NCBI GenBank assembly: GCA_050633445.1
Contig: JBOEGN010000002.1
Span: 17,873-81,872 of the forward strand
Origin: Thalassovita sp.
Lineage (GTDB): Bacteria; Pseudomonadota; Alphaproteobacteria; Rhodobacterales; Rhodobacteraceae
Length of the DNA: 64,000 nt
Reading direction: 5' to 3'
Shown here: piece by piece, positions 29,061-38,707 of the stretch
Position numbering within the stretch: position 1 is the first letter of the stretch
How the letters are laid out: every line of letters starts with the position of its first letter
Made by a program: the position numbers and the translations under genes
Notes under the pieces: generated by a model
The model's input: only the letters and a program-made list of their open reading frames with translations
Databases searched by the model: none
Told to the model about the DNA's origin: nothing

Positions 29061-30674
29061 TCAGGCCGCGTTGCGCCTGTCCCTGATGATCATGTCTGCG
29101 GCTTTTTCGGCGATCATGATGGCCGGAGCGTTGGTGTTTCCGCTGACAATTTTCGGCATGATCGAGGCATCAACGACCCGTAGCCCACGCAGGCCGTGCA
29201 CACGCAGGCTTGGGTCCGTCACGGCCATCCTGCCGGCGCCCATCGCGCAGGTGCCCACCGGGTGGTACACGGTGCGCGCATGGGTGCGAATGAAGGCTTT
29301 GATCTGGTCATCCGTCTGGGCGTCGTCGCCGGGGATGATCTCGGACAGGCGATGCTTGGCAAAGGGGGGCTGGCGCAGGATGTCGCGCGCCATGCGCACG
29401 GCCTTGGTCATCCGTTCCGTGTCGGCCTGGTTCGAGAGCAGGCCCAGATCAATATCGGGCGCGCCGTCGGGGGTGCTGCGGGTCACGCTGCCAGTGCTTT
29501 CCGGGCGCAAAAGGCAGGTATGCAAGGACACGCCGTGCCCGTATTCGAACATCCGCCCGCGATGGCTTTTGCGACCGGGGATAAAATGCAGCTGGATATC
29601 GGGGCGGGGTTCAGCCGCTGATGTGCGCAAGAACCCTCCGGCCTCGACCATATTCGAGCTGAGCATCCCCCGACGCGCCCCAAGCCAGCGCAACCCTTCC
29701 AGCGCCAGCTTGGGTGCGGCTTGCAATGACAGACCATAGGCGGTGGCGCTTTGGGATTTGCAGATGACCATCACGTCCACGTGGTCTTGCAGGTTCTGAC
29801 CCACGCCCGGCAGGTGATGGAGCACCTCGGTTCCACCATTTTGCAACGAGGGGCCGTCACCAATGCCCGAGCGTAGCAGAATATCAGGCGAGCCGATGGC
29901 ACCGGCGGACAGAATGACCTCGGCCTTGGCCTGAATGAACTGATGCCCACCCGGTGAGGTCAGATGCACGCCTGTCGCCCGACCGTCCTGAACCTCGACC
30001 CGTTGCACCTGCGCGCTGGTGATGACGTGCAAATTGGCGCGCGCACGCACGGGCGCTAAAAAGGCAGCCCCCGTGGAATGGCGCTGACCGTCGTTCTGCG
30101 TGACTTGATAGATGCCGACGCCTTCGGGGTCAGAGACATTGAAATCGGCGCAAGTGCGATGTTGCAGCTGCGTGGTGGCGTCGATGAAAACCTGATCCAT
30201 CGGATTGGCGTCGCGCAGGTTCTGCACTGACAGCTCGCCGTCGCGACCATGGAAGTCGTCAGACGTGCCGGGATCGGAATTGGCCTCGGATTTCTTGAAA
30301 TAGGGCAGGACGGACGCGTAATCCCAGCCGGTGCAGCCGGCGTTGGCCCAATCGTCATAATCCTGGCGGTGTCCACGGATATAGATCATGCCGTTGATCG
30401 CCGAGGAGCCGCCCAAAACCTTGCCGCGCGGGACCGACACAGCGCGCCCATTCAGGCCCTTTTGCGGGGTCGAGTTGAACAGCCAGTTGTGCCGCCGATC
30501 CTTGGACAGCCAGATCAACCCTAACGGGATCTTGATAAAGGGGCTGCGGTCTTCGGGCCCGGCTTCGATCAAACAGACCGAAATGGCGGGGTCCGCGCTG
30601 AGCCGGTTCGCCAGCACCGAGCCTGACGACCCCGCGCCGACGATCACATAGTCAAAAGCCGTCACGTCAGGCAT
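29061..30674 (-). CDS. GMC family FAD oxidoreductase
   Basis: GAGSSG, RGKVLGGSSAING, YHPVGT and GNTNAP motifs. Confidence 0.95.
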   Translation of the reverse strand: MPDVTAFDYVIVGAGSSGSVLANRLSADPAISVCLIEAGPEDRSPFIKIPLGLIWLSKDRRHNWLFNSTPQKGLNGRAVSVPRGKVLGGSSAINGMIYIRGHRQDYDDWANAGCTGWDYASVLPYFKKSEANSDPGTSDDFHGRDGELSVQNLRDANPMDQVFIDATTQLQHRTCADFNVSDPEGVGIYQVTQNDGQRHSTGAAFLAPVRARANLHVITSAQVQRVEVQDGRATGVHLTSPGGHQFIQAKAEVILSAGAIGSPDILLRSGIGDGPSLQNGGTEVLHHLPGVGQNLQDHVDVMVICKSQSATAYGLSLQAAPKLALEGLRWLGARRGMLSSNMVEAGGFLRTSAAEPRPDIQLHFIPGRKSHRGRMFEYGHGVSLHTCLLRPESTGSVTRSTPDGAPDIDLGLLSNQADTERMTKAVRMARDILRQPPFAKHRLSEIIPGDDAQTDDQIKAFIRTHARTVYHPVGTCAMGAGRMAVTDPSLRVHGLRGLRVVDASIMPKIVSGNTNAPAIMIAEKAADMIIRDRRNAA

Positions 30675-30804
30675 GTTTTCCGGCCCGCAAAGACACCTTA
30701 CCCACCCGACTGAATCGGCTTTCCCGTAGGTCGTTCATGTATTTCTTCCTCCCAGTGGTCAGGCGCTATTTCAGCCACAACCTACGAATCACGTTATTGC
30801 TCTT

Positions 30805-30822
30805 GCTTTGGTTTTTCTTTGG
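30805..30822 (-). promoter_or_regulatory. Candidate operator CCAAAG-N5-CCAAAGC (copy 1, upstream of the GMC/ABC operon)
   Basis: Exact reverse complement of 32352-32369. Confidence 0.65.
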
Positions 30823-30853
30823 CGTTTTGCTGTGCAGGCTCGAAAAATCAGTC

Positions 30854-32335
30854 ATGCAAGGCCCAAAGATGGAACAAATCTCCGCTCCCCAAAAGGCGCA
30901 AAAAACCGCGAAAGTCGTTGTTAATGCAGCCGTTTTCGCAGAAGCCAGGGATGCCGACTTTGTGCTTCGGGCGCTGAAAAACGTGCAGGGGCACGAACGG
31001 ATGCTGATTATCTCCGAGGACCCGGCATTTCTGCGGTCCGGGCGGGCGATCATGCGTCTTAGCGCGTCCGAGGTCGGCTTGGATCGTGAACAGATCGTCG
31101 CCGCAGACGTGGTTCAGGCCATCCAGCGTTGGCTGAGCACGGATCAGGACATGGGGTGTTTCGTGGTCGATATGAGCTGGGTGTCCAAACAAATGCAGGG
31201 GGCTTTGCGGGTTGAGGCCTGGGGCGAGATCTCTAGTCAGATCTTTCAGAAACACGGCACGCCGGTGATTTCGATCTATAATCGTGAATTAATTGTCGAG
31301 GATTTGCTCCAGGCGTCATTCCGGGCGCATCAGCAGATCGTTGTGCCTTCGGGGCTGTATGAGAACCCTTTTTGGGTGCCTGCGGAATTGGCGAACCAAC
31401 CCGCGGGTGAGCAGATGTCCTTTGTGCTGGGGCGGATCGTGCCGGACTATGCGGGGACCAATTTTTTTGAACGGGATTTGCGCTTTGCGGCGCATGGTGC
31501 GGACCCGGATTGGCTGGTGCATCCGGCAAATCCTCTGGTGGCCAGCGAACGGACCGAGCGGTGGCAGATCTATTGCCTGGGGCAGCTGCGGGTCTATCGC
31601 AATGGCACGGATCGAATTGATTGGAACATCAAGGGCGGCGCGCCCAAAAAGACCCGAACATTGTTCGCCTACCTGCTGACCCACGGGGAACGCGGCGCGC
31701 ATGTGGATCGCATCGCCGAGCTGTTATGGGCCGAAAACGGCACGGAAAAAAGCAAACGCGCGCGGCTGCATCACACCGTGGCCATGTTGCGCAAAACCTT
31801 GGGGCGTAAGGACAGCGTGGTCCGCACCGGCGATTTTTATCGACTGAACCCACCCGAAGGCAGCTGGGTCGACATCACCAGTTTCGAGCAGCTGTGTCGG
31901 CGCGGCGTGTCCCTGCTGAAACGCGGACAAAGCGACGAGGCGCAGCTGATCTATTCGACCGCCGAGAAGCTGTATACCGGGGATTTGTTCGAAGACATCC
32001 CCTTGGACTATATCGACAACGAGCAAGAGGATTGGTGCATGGCGCGACGCATTTGGCTGCGCGAAGTGGCCCTGAAACTGCAACGCGACTTCTCGGCTCT
32101 ATTGCGTGAACAGGGGCGGTTGCGCGCTGCGTTAGAGCATTGTCAGAAGGGTTTGGCCCTGGATCCCAGCAGCGAGGATGTGAATGTGGAAACGCTGAAG
32201 GTTTTCCACGCGCAGGGCCGTTCGGATGCGCTGGCGCGGCAGTATCGTCAGTATAAGAAAGCAATGACCGCCATGGGTTCGACCCCCGAAGGGTCAGAGG
32301 TGCAGCAGACTTTCCGTGCGTTAACAGCACGTTAA
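30854..32335 (+). CDS. Transcriptional regulator: MEDS-like sensor + wHTH + BTAD (SARP-like)
   Basis: DMSW...IYNR...H.QI...YENPFWVP (MEDS-like); LGQLRV..LFAYLL..LLW..LRK.L (wHTH); LYTGDL..DW..R..LALDP.SE (BTAD). Confidence 0.8.
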   Translation: MQGPKMEQISAPQKAQKTAKVVVNAAVFAEARDADFVLRALKNVQGHERMLIISEDPAFLRSGRAIMRLSASEVGLDREQIVAADVVQAIQRWLSTDQDMGCFVVDMSWVSKQMQGALRVEAWGEISSQIFQKHGTPVISIYNRELIVEDLLQASFRAHQQIVVPSGLYENPFWVPAELANQPAGEQMSFVLGRIVPDYAGTNFFERDLRFAAHGADPDWLVHPANPLVASERTERWQIYCLGQLRVYRNGTDRIDWNIKGGAPKKTRTLFAYLLTHGERGAHVDRIAELLWAENGTEKSKRARLHHTVAMLRKTLGRKDSVVRTGDFYRLNPPEGSWVDITSFEQLCRRGVSLLKRGQSDEAQLIYSTAEKLYTGDLFEDIPLDYIDNEQEDWCMARRIWLREVALKLQRDFSALLREQGRLRAALEHCQKGLALDPSSEDVNVETLKVFHAQGRSDALARQYRQYKKAMTAMGSTPEGSEVQQTFRALTAR

Positions 32336-32351
32336 AAGAATTTCAAGAAAA

Positions 32352-32369
32352 CCAAAGAAAAACCAAAGC
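32352..32369 (+). promoter_or_regulatory. Candidate operator CCAAAG-N5-CCAAAGC (copy 2, upstream of the P450 operon)
   Basis: Direct repeat with 11-bp period, 55 nt before the P450 ATG; identical to copy 1. Confidence 0.65.
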
Positions 32370-32424
32370 GGCAGAACTAGGGTGATTCTCAGTCGGCCGT
32401 AACTGGCCATTGGGAGGAAATCTT

Positions 32425-33675
32425 ATGAACGCCATTGATGACATCCGCGGGTCGGATGCATACGATCCGTTTGACCTGAACGTACCGCAACCCCAGTGGG
32501 AGGAATTCCGCAAGGAGAAGCCCATCTTCTTCCATGAACCCTCGGGATACTGGGTGGTTTCGCTTTATGAAGACATCAAGGAAATCTTTGACGACTGGAA
32601 AACTTTCAGCTCGGAAAACGCGCAAAAACCGATGCGTCCGATGTCCGAAGAGGGGCGCAAAATCCTGAAAGAGGGCGGATTTACCGCCTATTCGGGTCTG
32701 ACAGCTCGGGTGCCCCCGGATCACACACGCATCCGCAAAATCGCCCAAAGCTGCTTTGGCCCGCGTCGTTTCAAATCCATTGCGCCGCAGATCGAACAGA
32801 TCGTCGCGCGCCATTTGGACCTGCTGGAGGACGCCGGCAAAGCCGGTGAGCCCGTGAATTTTTGGGAAATCGTGGCCTTTCCGGTGCCCGCCCATGTGCT
32901 GTTCACGCTGATGGGCATCCCCGAAGAAGACGTGCCCAAGATCAAACAATACGGCATGAGCCGGGGCAAGATGACCTGGTCGGATTTGACGGACGAGGAG
33001 ATGATCCCCGTCGCTCATGACATGGTCGCCTATTGGAAATACATTCACGACCTGCTGGACATGCGCCGTGAAAACCCCGGTGATGACTTCCCCTCGGATC
33101 TGTTGCGTTTGCAGGCCGAGGGCGCGGATATCACCAACGAGGAAATCGCGGGCGTCCTGTATTCCACGCTGTTTGCCGGACACGAGACGACCTCGACCTT
33201 CATGGGCAACTATGTGATGGCGATGATGGATCACCCCGAGGCATGGCAGGCGATCCAGGACGATCCCTCAAAGATCCCCAACGCGGTCGAAGAAATGCTG
33301 CGCTACACCCCGTCGGTTGTGGGCTGGCGCCGCAAGGCCCGTCACGCCAAGACCATTGGCGGTGTGGACCTGCCCGAAGGCGCGGAAATCCTGATGCTGA
33401 CAGGGTCTGCCAACCGGGACGAGGCGCAATATCCGCAGGGTGAAACCCTGGATATCGAGCGTAAAAACGCCCGCACCCACCTGTCGTTCGGATATGGGAT
33501 CCACTATTGCCTGGGGTTCCAGCTGGCCAAGATGGAGGCGCAAGAGCTGCTGAAACAGCTGGCTGAACGCTTCCCGACCCTGCGTCTGGCCCCGGATTTT
33601 CAGGTTGAGTATCACCGCAATATCACCTTCCGGGTTCCAAGCTCGGTCATGGTTGAATGGGATGGCATGGCATGA
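32425..33675 (+). CDS. Cytochrome P450 (CreJ-like by context)
   Basis: AGHETT I-helix, EMLR (ExxR) and HLSFGYGIHYCLG heme motif. Confidence 0.96.
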   Translation: MNAIDDIRGSDAYDPFDLNVPQPQWEEFRKEKPIFFHEPSGYWVVSLYEDIKEIFDDWKTFSSENAQKPMRPMSEEGRKILKEGGFTAYSGLTARVPPDHTRIRKIAQSCFGPRRFKSIAPQIEQIVARHLDLLEDAGKAGEPVNFWEIVAFPVPAHVLFTLMGIPEEDVPKIKQYGMSRGKMTWSDLTDEEMIPVAHDMVAYWKYIHDLLDMRRENPGDDFPSDLLRLQAEGADITNEEIAGVLYSTLFAGHETTSTFMGNYVMAMMDHPEAWQAIQDDPSKIPNAVEEMLRYTPSVVGWRRKARHAKTIGGVDLPEGAEILMLTGSANRDEAQYPQGETLDIERKNARTHLSFGYGIHYCLGFQLAKMEAQELLKQLAERFPTLRLAPDFQVEYHRNITFRVPSSVMVEWDGMA

Positions 33676-34739
33676 CCCAGACCGGACTTTATACGCTCGA
33701 TTTTTCGGAAATTGGCAGCGCGGACCACGCGCGGGTAGGGGGGAAATGTTCCTCGCTGGGTGAAATGACCCAAGCCGGTGTGGCCGTGCCCCCTGGTTTC
33801 GCCGTCACCACCGATGCCTATGCTGCGATGCTGGATTCGCATGGGTTGCGCGCCGAGATTGAGCGCCATCTTGAGGGCGTCGATCCTGATGATCTTAACC
33901 AGGTCGACCGCGCGGCGCAGGCCATTCGCATCCGTATCCGCTCGCATCATTTGCCAACCGAGGTCGAGACCGCAATTCGCGATGCCTATGCCGCGATGGG
34001 GGACGATATTCCTGTCGCTGTGCGCTCGTCCGCGACGGCCGAGGATCTGCCCGACGCCAGCTTTGCCGGTCAGCAGGATACCTATCTTTGGGTGCGCGGT
34101 GCTGATGATGTGGTCGCCCATGTGCGCGATTGCTGGGCGTCTTTGTACACCACCCGCGCCGTGGCCTATCGCGAGAAAAACGACATCCCCCATATCGACG
34201 TTCTGATGAGCGTCGGCGTGCAGAAGATGGTGAACGCCAAAACCGCGGGCGTTGCGATGACGCTGGATCCGGGCACTGGGGATCGCACTCGCATCGTGAT
34301 TGATGCCAGCTGGGGCCTGGGCGAGATGGTCGTCTCGGGCGTGGTGACGCCGGACAACTATGTGGTCGAAAAGGTGCTGGAGGAAATCCTGGATCGCACC
34401 ATTTCCGACAAACACGTGGAAATGGTCGGTGACGCCACATTGGGCGAAGCGGTCGAACGCCCCGTGGATGACGCGCGCCGCAAGATCACCTGCCTGACCG
34501 ACGCCGAGGTCATGGCCGTGGCGCGTCTGGCCAAGCGATTGGAAAAGCAGAACAAATGCCCTCAGGACGTGGAGTGGGCGATTGATGCTGACCTGCCCGA
34601 AGGCGAAAACCTGCTGGCGCTGCAAAGCCGCCCCGAAACCATCTGGTCGCAAAAGAAACCTGCCGCCAAGCAGGCCACCTATATGACCGGAATGATGGGC
34701 ATCGTGAATACGCTGACCAACCCCATCGGTTCAAAATAA
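33672..34739 (+). CDS. PEP-synthase-like ATP-binding subunit of a two-subunit phenol kinase (CreI/HpeI-like)
   Basis: VGGK, AVRSSATAEDL..ASFAGQQDT, GLGE.VVSG, DVEWA and LQSRP motifs; stand-alone PPDK_N domain. Confidence 0.9.
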   Translation: MTQTGLYTLDFSEIGSADHARVGGKCSSLGEMTQAGVAVPPGFAVTTDAYAAMLDSHGLRAEIERHLEGVDPDDLNQVDRAAQAIRIRIRSHHLPTEVETAIRDAYAAMGDDIPVAVRSSATAEDLPDASFAGQQDTYLWVRGADDVVAHVRDCWASLYTTRAVAYREKNDIPHIDVLMSVGVQKMVNAKTAGVAMTLDPGTGDRTRIVIDASWGLGEMVVSGVVTPDNYVVEKVLEEILDRTISDKHVEMVGDATLGEAVERPVDDARRKITCLTDAEVMAVARLAKRLEKQNKCPQDVEWAIDADLPEGENLLALQSRPETIWSQKKPAAKQATYMTGMMGIVNTLTNPIGSK

Positions 34740-34777
34740 GATAATAAAATCAATCCATTCCTAGGGAGGAAACACGA

Positions 34778-36589
34778 ATGGACGCACAGAAAAGCTTGTT
34801 CCCAAGCGCCTTTGACGTCGCAACACCGAAGGGCGGAGAGGGCTGGAAAGAGCTCTATCCCTACTACACCCATTTCCTGCCATCCCGACGCGAGCAGGAC
34901 GACAACACTTTTTGGTTCTGCAACTCGCAGCACTGGCCGACCCCGTTCCGTCCGTTTGACACGATCATGCTGGATTTCGCGATCAAGGGCCTGGGTCAGT
35001 ACAACACGCGTCACCTGCTGGTGCCGCCCGCGAATGGCGTCGATTACCGGATTCTGAACGGCTATGTTTATTTCTCGCCCGTGGCCGTCCCGCCCGAGCA
35101 GATCGAGGCCCGCGTCCCCCAGTTTATGGAGCGCGCCGGCCATTATTTCATGAACTGGAATGACCTCTACGCCAATTGGAAGACCAAGGTTTTGGGCAAG
35201 ATCGAGGAGTTGGAGGCGATCAACTTCGAAACTCTGCCCGAGGTCGTGCCTCTGGATTGGGTGCAAGAAGGCAAGGGGCTGGACAACACCAACCAGCTGT
35301 TTGACCAGTACGACAAAGCGATCGAGCTGTGCTACAAAATCTGGCAGTACCACTTTGAATTCCTGAACCTGGGCTACGCGGCCTATCTGGATTTCTTTGG
35401 GTTCATGAAAGAGCAATTCCCAACCATTCCCGATCAGGCAATCGCCAAGATGGTGCAGGGCGTGGACAGCGAGTTGTTCCGCCCCGATGACGAGCTGAAA
35501 AAACTGGCGAAACTTGCGGTGGAGCTGGGCTGCGCGAACGTTCTGAAATCCGGCACCACAGACGAAGCCCTGGCTGCGGTTGCGAACGCACCGGGCGGCG
35601 ACAAATGGCTGGCTCAGTGGGAAGGCGCCAAGGATCCCTGGTTCAATTTCACCAGCGGCAATGGGTTCTATTCGACCGACAAATACTGGATCGACCATCT
35701 GGATATCCCGATGGGCTATCTGCGCGATTACATCGAACGGCTGGAAGAGGGCGACGACATCATGCGCCCAACGGCTGCGCTGCTAAAAGAGCGTGACCGC
35801 ATCACCGCAGAATATCGCGAGATGATGGACGGCGAAGCGCAAGAGGTGTTCGACCAGAAACTGGGTCTCAGCCGCACCGTGTTCCCCTATGTCGAGGACC
35901 ACAATTTCTATATCGAACATTGGGCGATTGGCGTGTTCTGGCGCAAAATGCGCGAGCTATCCAAACTGCTGTCAGCACAGGGGTTCTGGGAAAACGAAGA
36001 CGACATGTTCTTCCTTAACCGGAACGAAGTGCGTGATGTGTTGTGGGATTACTCGGCCAGCTGGGCCATAGGTGTACCATACAGCGGCACCGCCGTTTGG
36101 CCGGACGAAATTGCACGTCGTCGCGCGATCCACACGGCGCTGGCCAAGGAACGCCCGCTGCCCGCGCTGAACAACCCGCCCGAGGTCATCACGGAACCCT
36201 TCACCATCATGCTCTGGGGGATCACCTCGGACGCGATTGAGCGTTGGACCGGAGCCGAAGATGATGGCGATCGGATGAAGGGCATGGCCGCAGCCCCCGG
36301 TATTGTCGAGGGCGTGGCGCGCGTGCTGTCCAACCCGGACGAGCTGATGTCGCTGAAAAAGGGCGAGATCCTGGTGACTCCGGTCACGGCCCCCAGTTGG
36401 GCACCGGTGTTCGGCAAGATCAGCGCAGCCGTCACCGATATCGGCGGCATGATGAGCCACGCGGCCATCGTTTGTCGCGAATACGGTCTGCCGGCTGTGA
36501 CAGGGACGGGCACGGCCTCGTCCAAGATCACCACTGGCATGCGTCTGCGTGTGAATGGCAATGACGGAACGGTCGAAATCCTCGAGTGA
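34778..36589 (+). CDS. Phospho-His swivel-domain subunit of the two-subunit phenol kinase (CreH/HpeH-like)
   Basis: C-terminal GGMMSHAAIVCREYGLPAV; large helical N-terminal domain; no pyruvate-binding barrel. Confidence 0.9.
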   Translation: MDAQKSLFPSAFDVATPKGGEGWKELYPYYTHFLPSRREQDDNTFWFCNSQHWPTPFRPFDTIMLDFAIKGLGQYNTRHLLVPPANGVDYRILNGYVYFSPVAVPPEQIEARVPQFMERAGHYFMNWNDLYANWKTKVLGKIEELEAINFETLPEVVPLDWVQEGKGLDNTNQLFDQYDKAIELCYKIWQYHFEFLNLGYAAYLDFFGFMKEQFPTIPDQAIAKMVQGVDSELFRPDDELKKLAKLAVELGCANVLKSGTTDEALAAVANAPGGDKWLAQWEGAKDPWFNFTSGNGFYSTDKYWIDHLDIPMGYLRDYIERLEEGDDIMRPTAALLKERDRITAEYREMMDGEAQEVFDQKLGLSRTVFPYVEDHNFYIEHWAIGVFWRKMRELSKLLSAQGFWENEDDMFFLNRNEVRDVLWDYSASWAIGVPYSGTAVWPDEIARRRAIHTALAKERPLPALNNPPEVITEPFTIMLWGITSDAIERWTGAEDDGDRMKGMAAAPGIVEGVARVLSNPDELMSLKKGEILVTPVTAPSWAPVFGKISAAVTDIGGMMSHAAIVCREYGLPAVTGTGTASSKITTGMRLRVNGNDGTVEILE

Positions 36590-36599
36590 TCCGTATGCC

Positions 36600-36624
36600 G
36601 GGGGGCACACCCTAGGTGCCCCCC
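36600..36624 (+). other. Intercistronic stem-loop
   Basis: GGGGGGCAC-ACCCTAG-GTGCCCCCC, a perfect 9-bp stem. Confidence 0.6.
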
Positions 36625-36654
36625 AAATTTCCCTTGTCGAACAGGAGCTGTCCG

Positions 36655-37257
36655 GTGCCGGAGACACAAGACCTGTCGCGCTATGACCCGGTTTGGCGCA
36701 AGGCCGAGCCGTATATGCGTGCGCGCAAAAACGATGTGCATATCCCGTTATCGTTTCACTGGGCTCAGCGTCTGCTGGACCACTATCCCGAGGCTGATCG
36801 CGACGTCTGTTCGCTGGCCATCTTGCTGCATGACATCGGGTGGTATTCCATTGATATGGACCGGATCATTTCCGAAGGTTTTCGCAGTGAAAATATCCTG
36901 CAATCTGACGTCCGATATCTGCACGAAGCAGAAGGGGTGCGGCTGGGAACCGAGGTTTTACGGGCGACCGGCTGGCCCGATGACATCATCGCTCAGGTTT
37001 GTGAAATCATCGACGGGCACGATACGCGCCCCGATCCGCATCACCTGAATGACCGTGTGGTGCGCGACGCGGACAAGCTGTGGCGCTACGAGGTGACAGG
37101 CATCTGTGTGGCGGCTGATTGGTTCGGCGTAACGCCCACGGCCTATGCCGATATTGTGGGTGCAAACGCGCATAAGCTGGAAACCGAGCTGGGCCGAACA
37201 CTGGCCGAAAATACATTAAAAGAGACACGCAAGCATCTGATGATGCACGTTCTTTAA
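36655..37257 (+). CDS. HD-domain phosphohydrolase (CreD-like) #1
   Basis: NDVH..LLHDIGW..HE..IIDGHD..DADK motifs; GTG start after AGGAG. Confidence 0.88.
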   Translation: MPETQDLSRYDPVWRKAEPYMRARKNDVHIPLSFHWAQRLLDHYPEADRDVCSLAILLHDIGWYSIDMDRIISEGFRSENILQSDVRYLHEAEGVRLGTEVLRATGWPDDIIAQVCEIIDGHDTRPDPHHLNDRVVRDADKLWRYEVTGICVAADWFGVTPTAYADIVGANAHKLETELGRTLAENTLKETRKHLMMHVL

Positions 37258-37264
37258 GGAGATC

Positions 37265-38707
37265 GTGATGGATATGTTCATAGATGGCGCTTGGGTCGAG
37301 GCCGCGTCCGGCGCCACTCAGCCGGTGACCAACCCACGGTCCGGGCTGGTGATCGACTGGGTGCCCACGGGGGACGCCACCGACGCCGATCTGGCCATCC
37401 AAGCGGCCGCGCGGGCCTTTGAAACCTGGTCGAAAACCCCCATGGCCGAGCGCGTTAAAATTCAGAAAACCTGCGCCCAGGCGATGCGTGACAAGGCCGA
37501 TGTGATCGCCGGATTGCTCCATGCCGAACTGGGCCGACCGCTGGACGCCTGCCTGACCGAGGTGCAGCGCTCCTCGGATCTGTTGGAGATCTACGCCGAG
37601 GAAGGATTGCGCCTGCATTCGACCATGAGCCTTGGCTCGGCGCAGGGTGAAAAAACCATCGTTACCCGTGATCCGCTGGGTGTTGTGGTGGCGATCACGC
37701 CTTTCAATTATCCGATCAATCTGCTGATGTTCAAACTGGGCGCGGCGTTGGTGGCGGGCTGCACGGTGGTCGCAAAACCTGCCGAAGACACGCCGATGTC
37801 GACCCTGAAACTGGCCGAGATTTTCAGCGATGCCGGCCTGCCTGATGGGTGTTTCAACGTCGTAACTGGGCGGGGCCGTGGCATTGGCGCGGCCATGATT
37901 GAACACCCCATTCCGCGCAAAATTGCCTTTACCGGTGGTACTGCGGCGGGCAAGGCCATCGCCGCTGCGGCGACTGGCACGATGAAGCGCGTCACGCTGG
38001 AACTGGGCGGCCAAAGCGCCGCCATCATCTGCGCCGACGCCGATCTGGACAAGGCAACCGATGCGATTGTGCGCCATGGTTTCGCCAATTCCGGGCAATT
38101 TTGCTACCGCGTGAACCGGGTCTACGTGGATCGTCGGGTCTATGATGCGTTCCTGGAAAAACTGGTGCCGAAAGCCGCGAAACTGACCTTGGCGCCTTGC
38201 GATGGCGACGGTGATCTGGGCCCTATCGTGAACGAGAAGATCTTTGCCAACAGTGGCGTGCAGGTGCAGGACGCGCGCGAAAAAGGGGCGCGTATTCTGC
38301 TGGGTGGTGACCGCAAGATGGGGCCAGGTTTCGACCAGGGGTTCTATTTTCCACCGACGATCATCGCGGACGCGACCCACGACATGTTGATCCTGACCGA
38401 GGAAACCTTTGGCCCCGTGATCGGCATTTGCCCGGTGGACGATGGCTTCGAAGGACTGCGCCATGCCAACGACAATCGCTATGGCTTGGCCGGGTTCGTT
38501 TTCGCCCGCGATCTGGCGCTGGGGCTGACCCTGTGCGAGGGGCTAGAGGCCGGATCGGTTTGGCTGAACGACATCCAGCGCTCCTCTCATTATGTACCCT
38601 TCGGCGGCATGAAGGAAAGCGGGATAGGGCGCGAAAAAGGCCGCTATGGTGTTGAATCTTATCTGGAATACAAAACCATCTATCTCAGCTACGAGGTGCC
38701 CGCATGA
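37265..38707 (+). CDS. Aldehyde dehydrogenase (CreC-like by context)
   Basis: PFNYP, FTGG, LELGG, GQFC, EETFGP and PFGG motifs. Confidence 0.95.
   Translation: MMDMFIDGAWVEAASGATQPVTNPRSGLVIDWVPTGDATDADLAIQAAARAFETWSKTPMAERVKIQKTCAQAMRDKADVIAGLLHAELGRPLDACLTEVQRSSDLLEIYAEEGLRLHSTMSLGSAQGEKTIVTRDPLGVVVAITPFNYPINLLMFKLGAALVAGCTVVAKPAEDTPMSTLKLAEIFSDAGLPDGCFNVVTGRGRGIGAAMIEHPIPRKIAFTGGTAAGKAIAAAATGTMKRVTLELGGQSAAIICADADLDKATDAIVRHGFANSGQFCYRVNRVYVDRRVYDAFLEKLVPKAAKLTLAPCDGDGDLGPIVNEKIFANSGVQVQDAREKGARILLGGDRKMGPGFDQGFYFPPTIIADATHDMLILTEETFGPVIGICPVDDGFEGLRHANDNRYGLAGFVFARDLALGLTLCEGLEAGSVWLNDIQRSSHYVPFGGMKESGIGREKGRYGVESYLEYKTIYLSYEVPA

Noticed and set aside
33672-36589. Frameshifted or split PEP synthase (ppsA) pseudogene
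   Set aside because: Both ORFs are intact with their own starts and there is no pyruvate-binding barrel; the layout fits natural two-subunit phenol kinases.
37007-38464. 485-aa minus-strand ORF and similar long shadows (5326-6507, 6384-7505, 10594-11682, 12830-13900, 61423-62514)
   Set aside because: Each overlaps a well-supported gene on the opposite strand.
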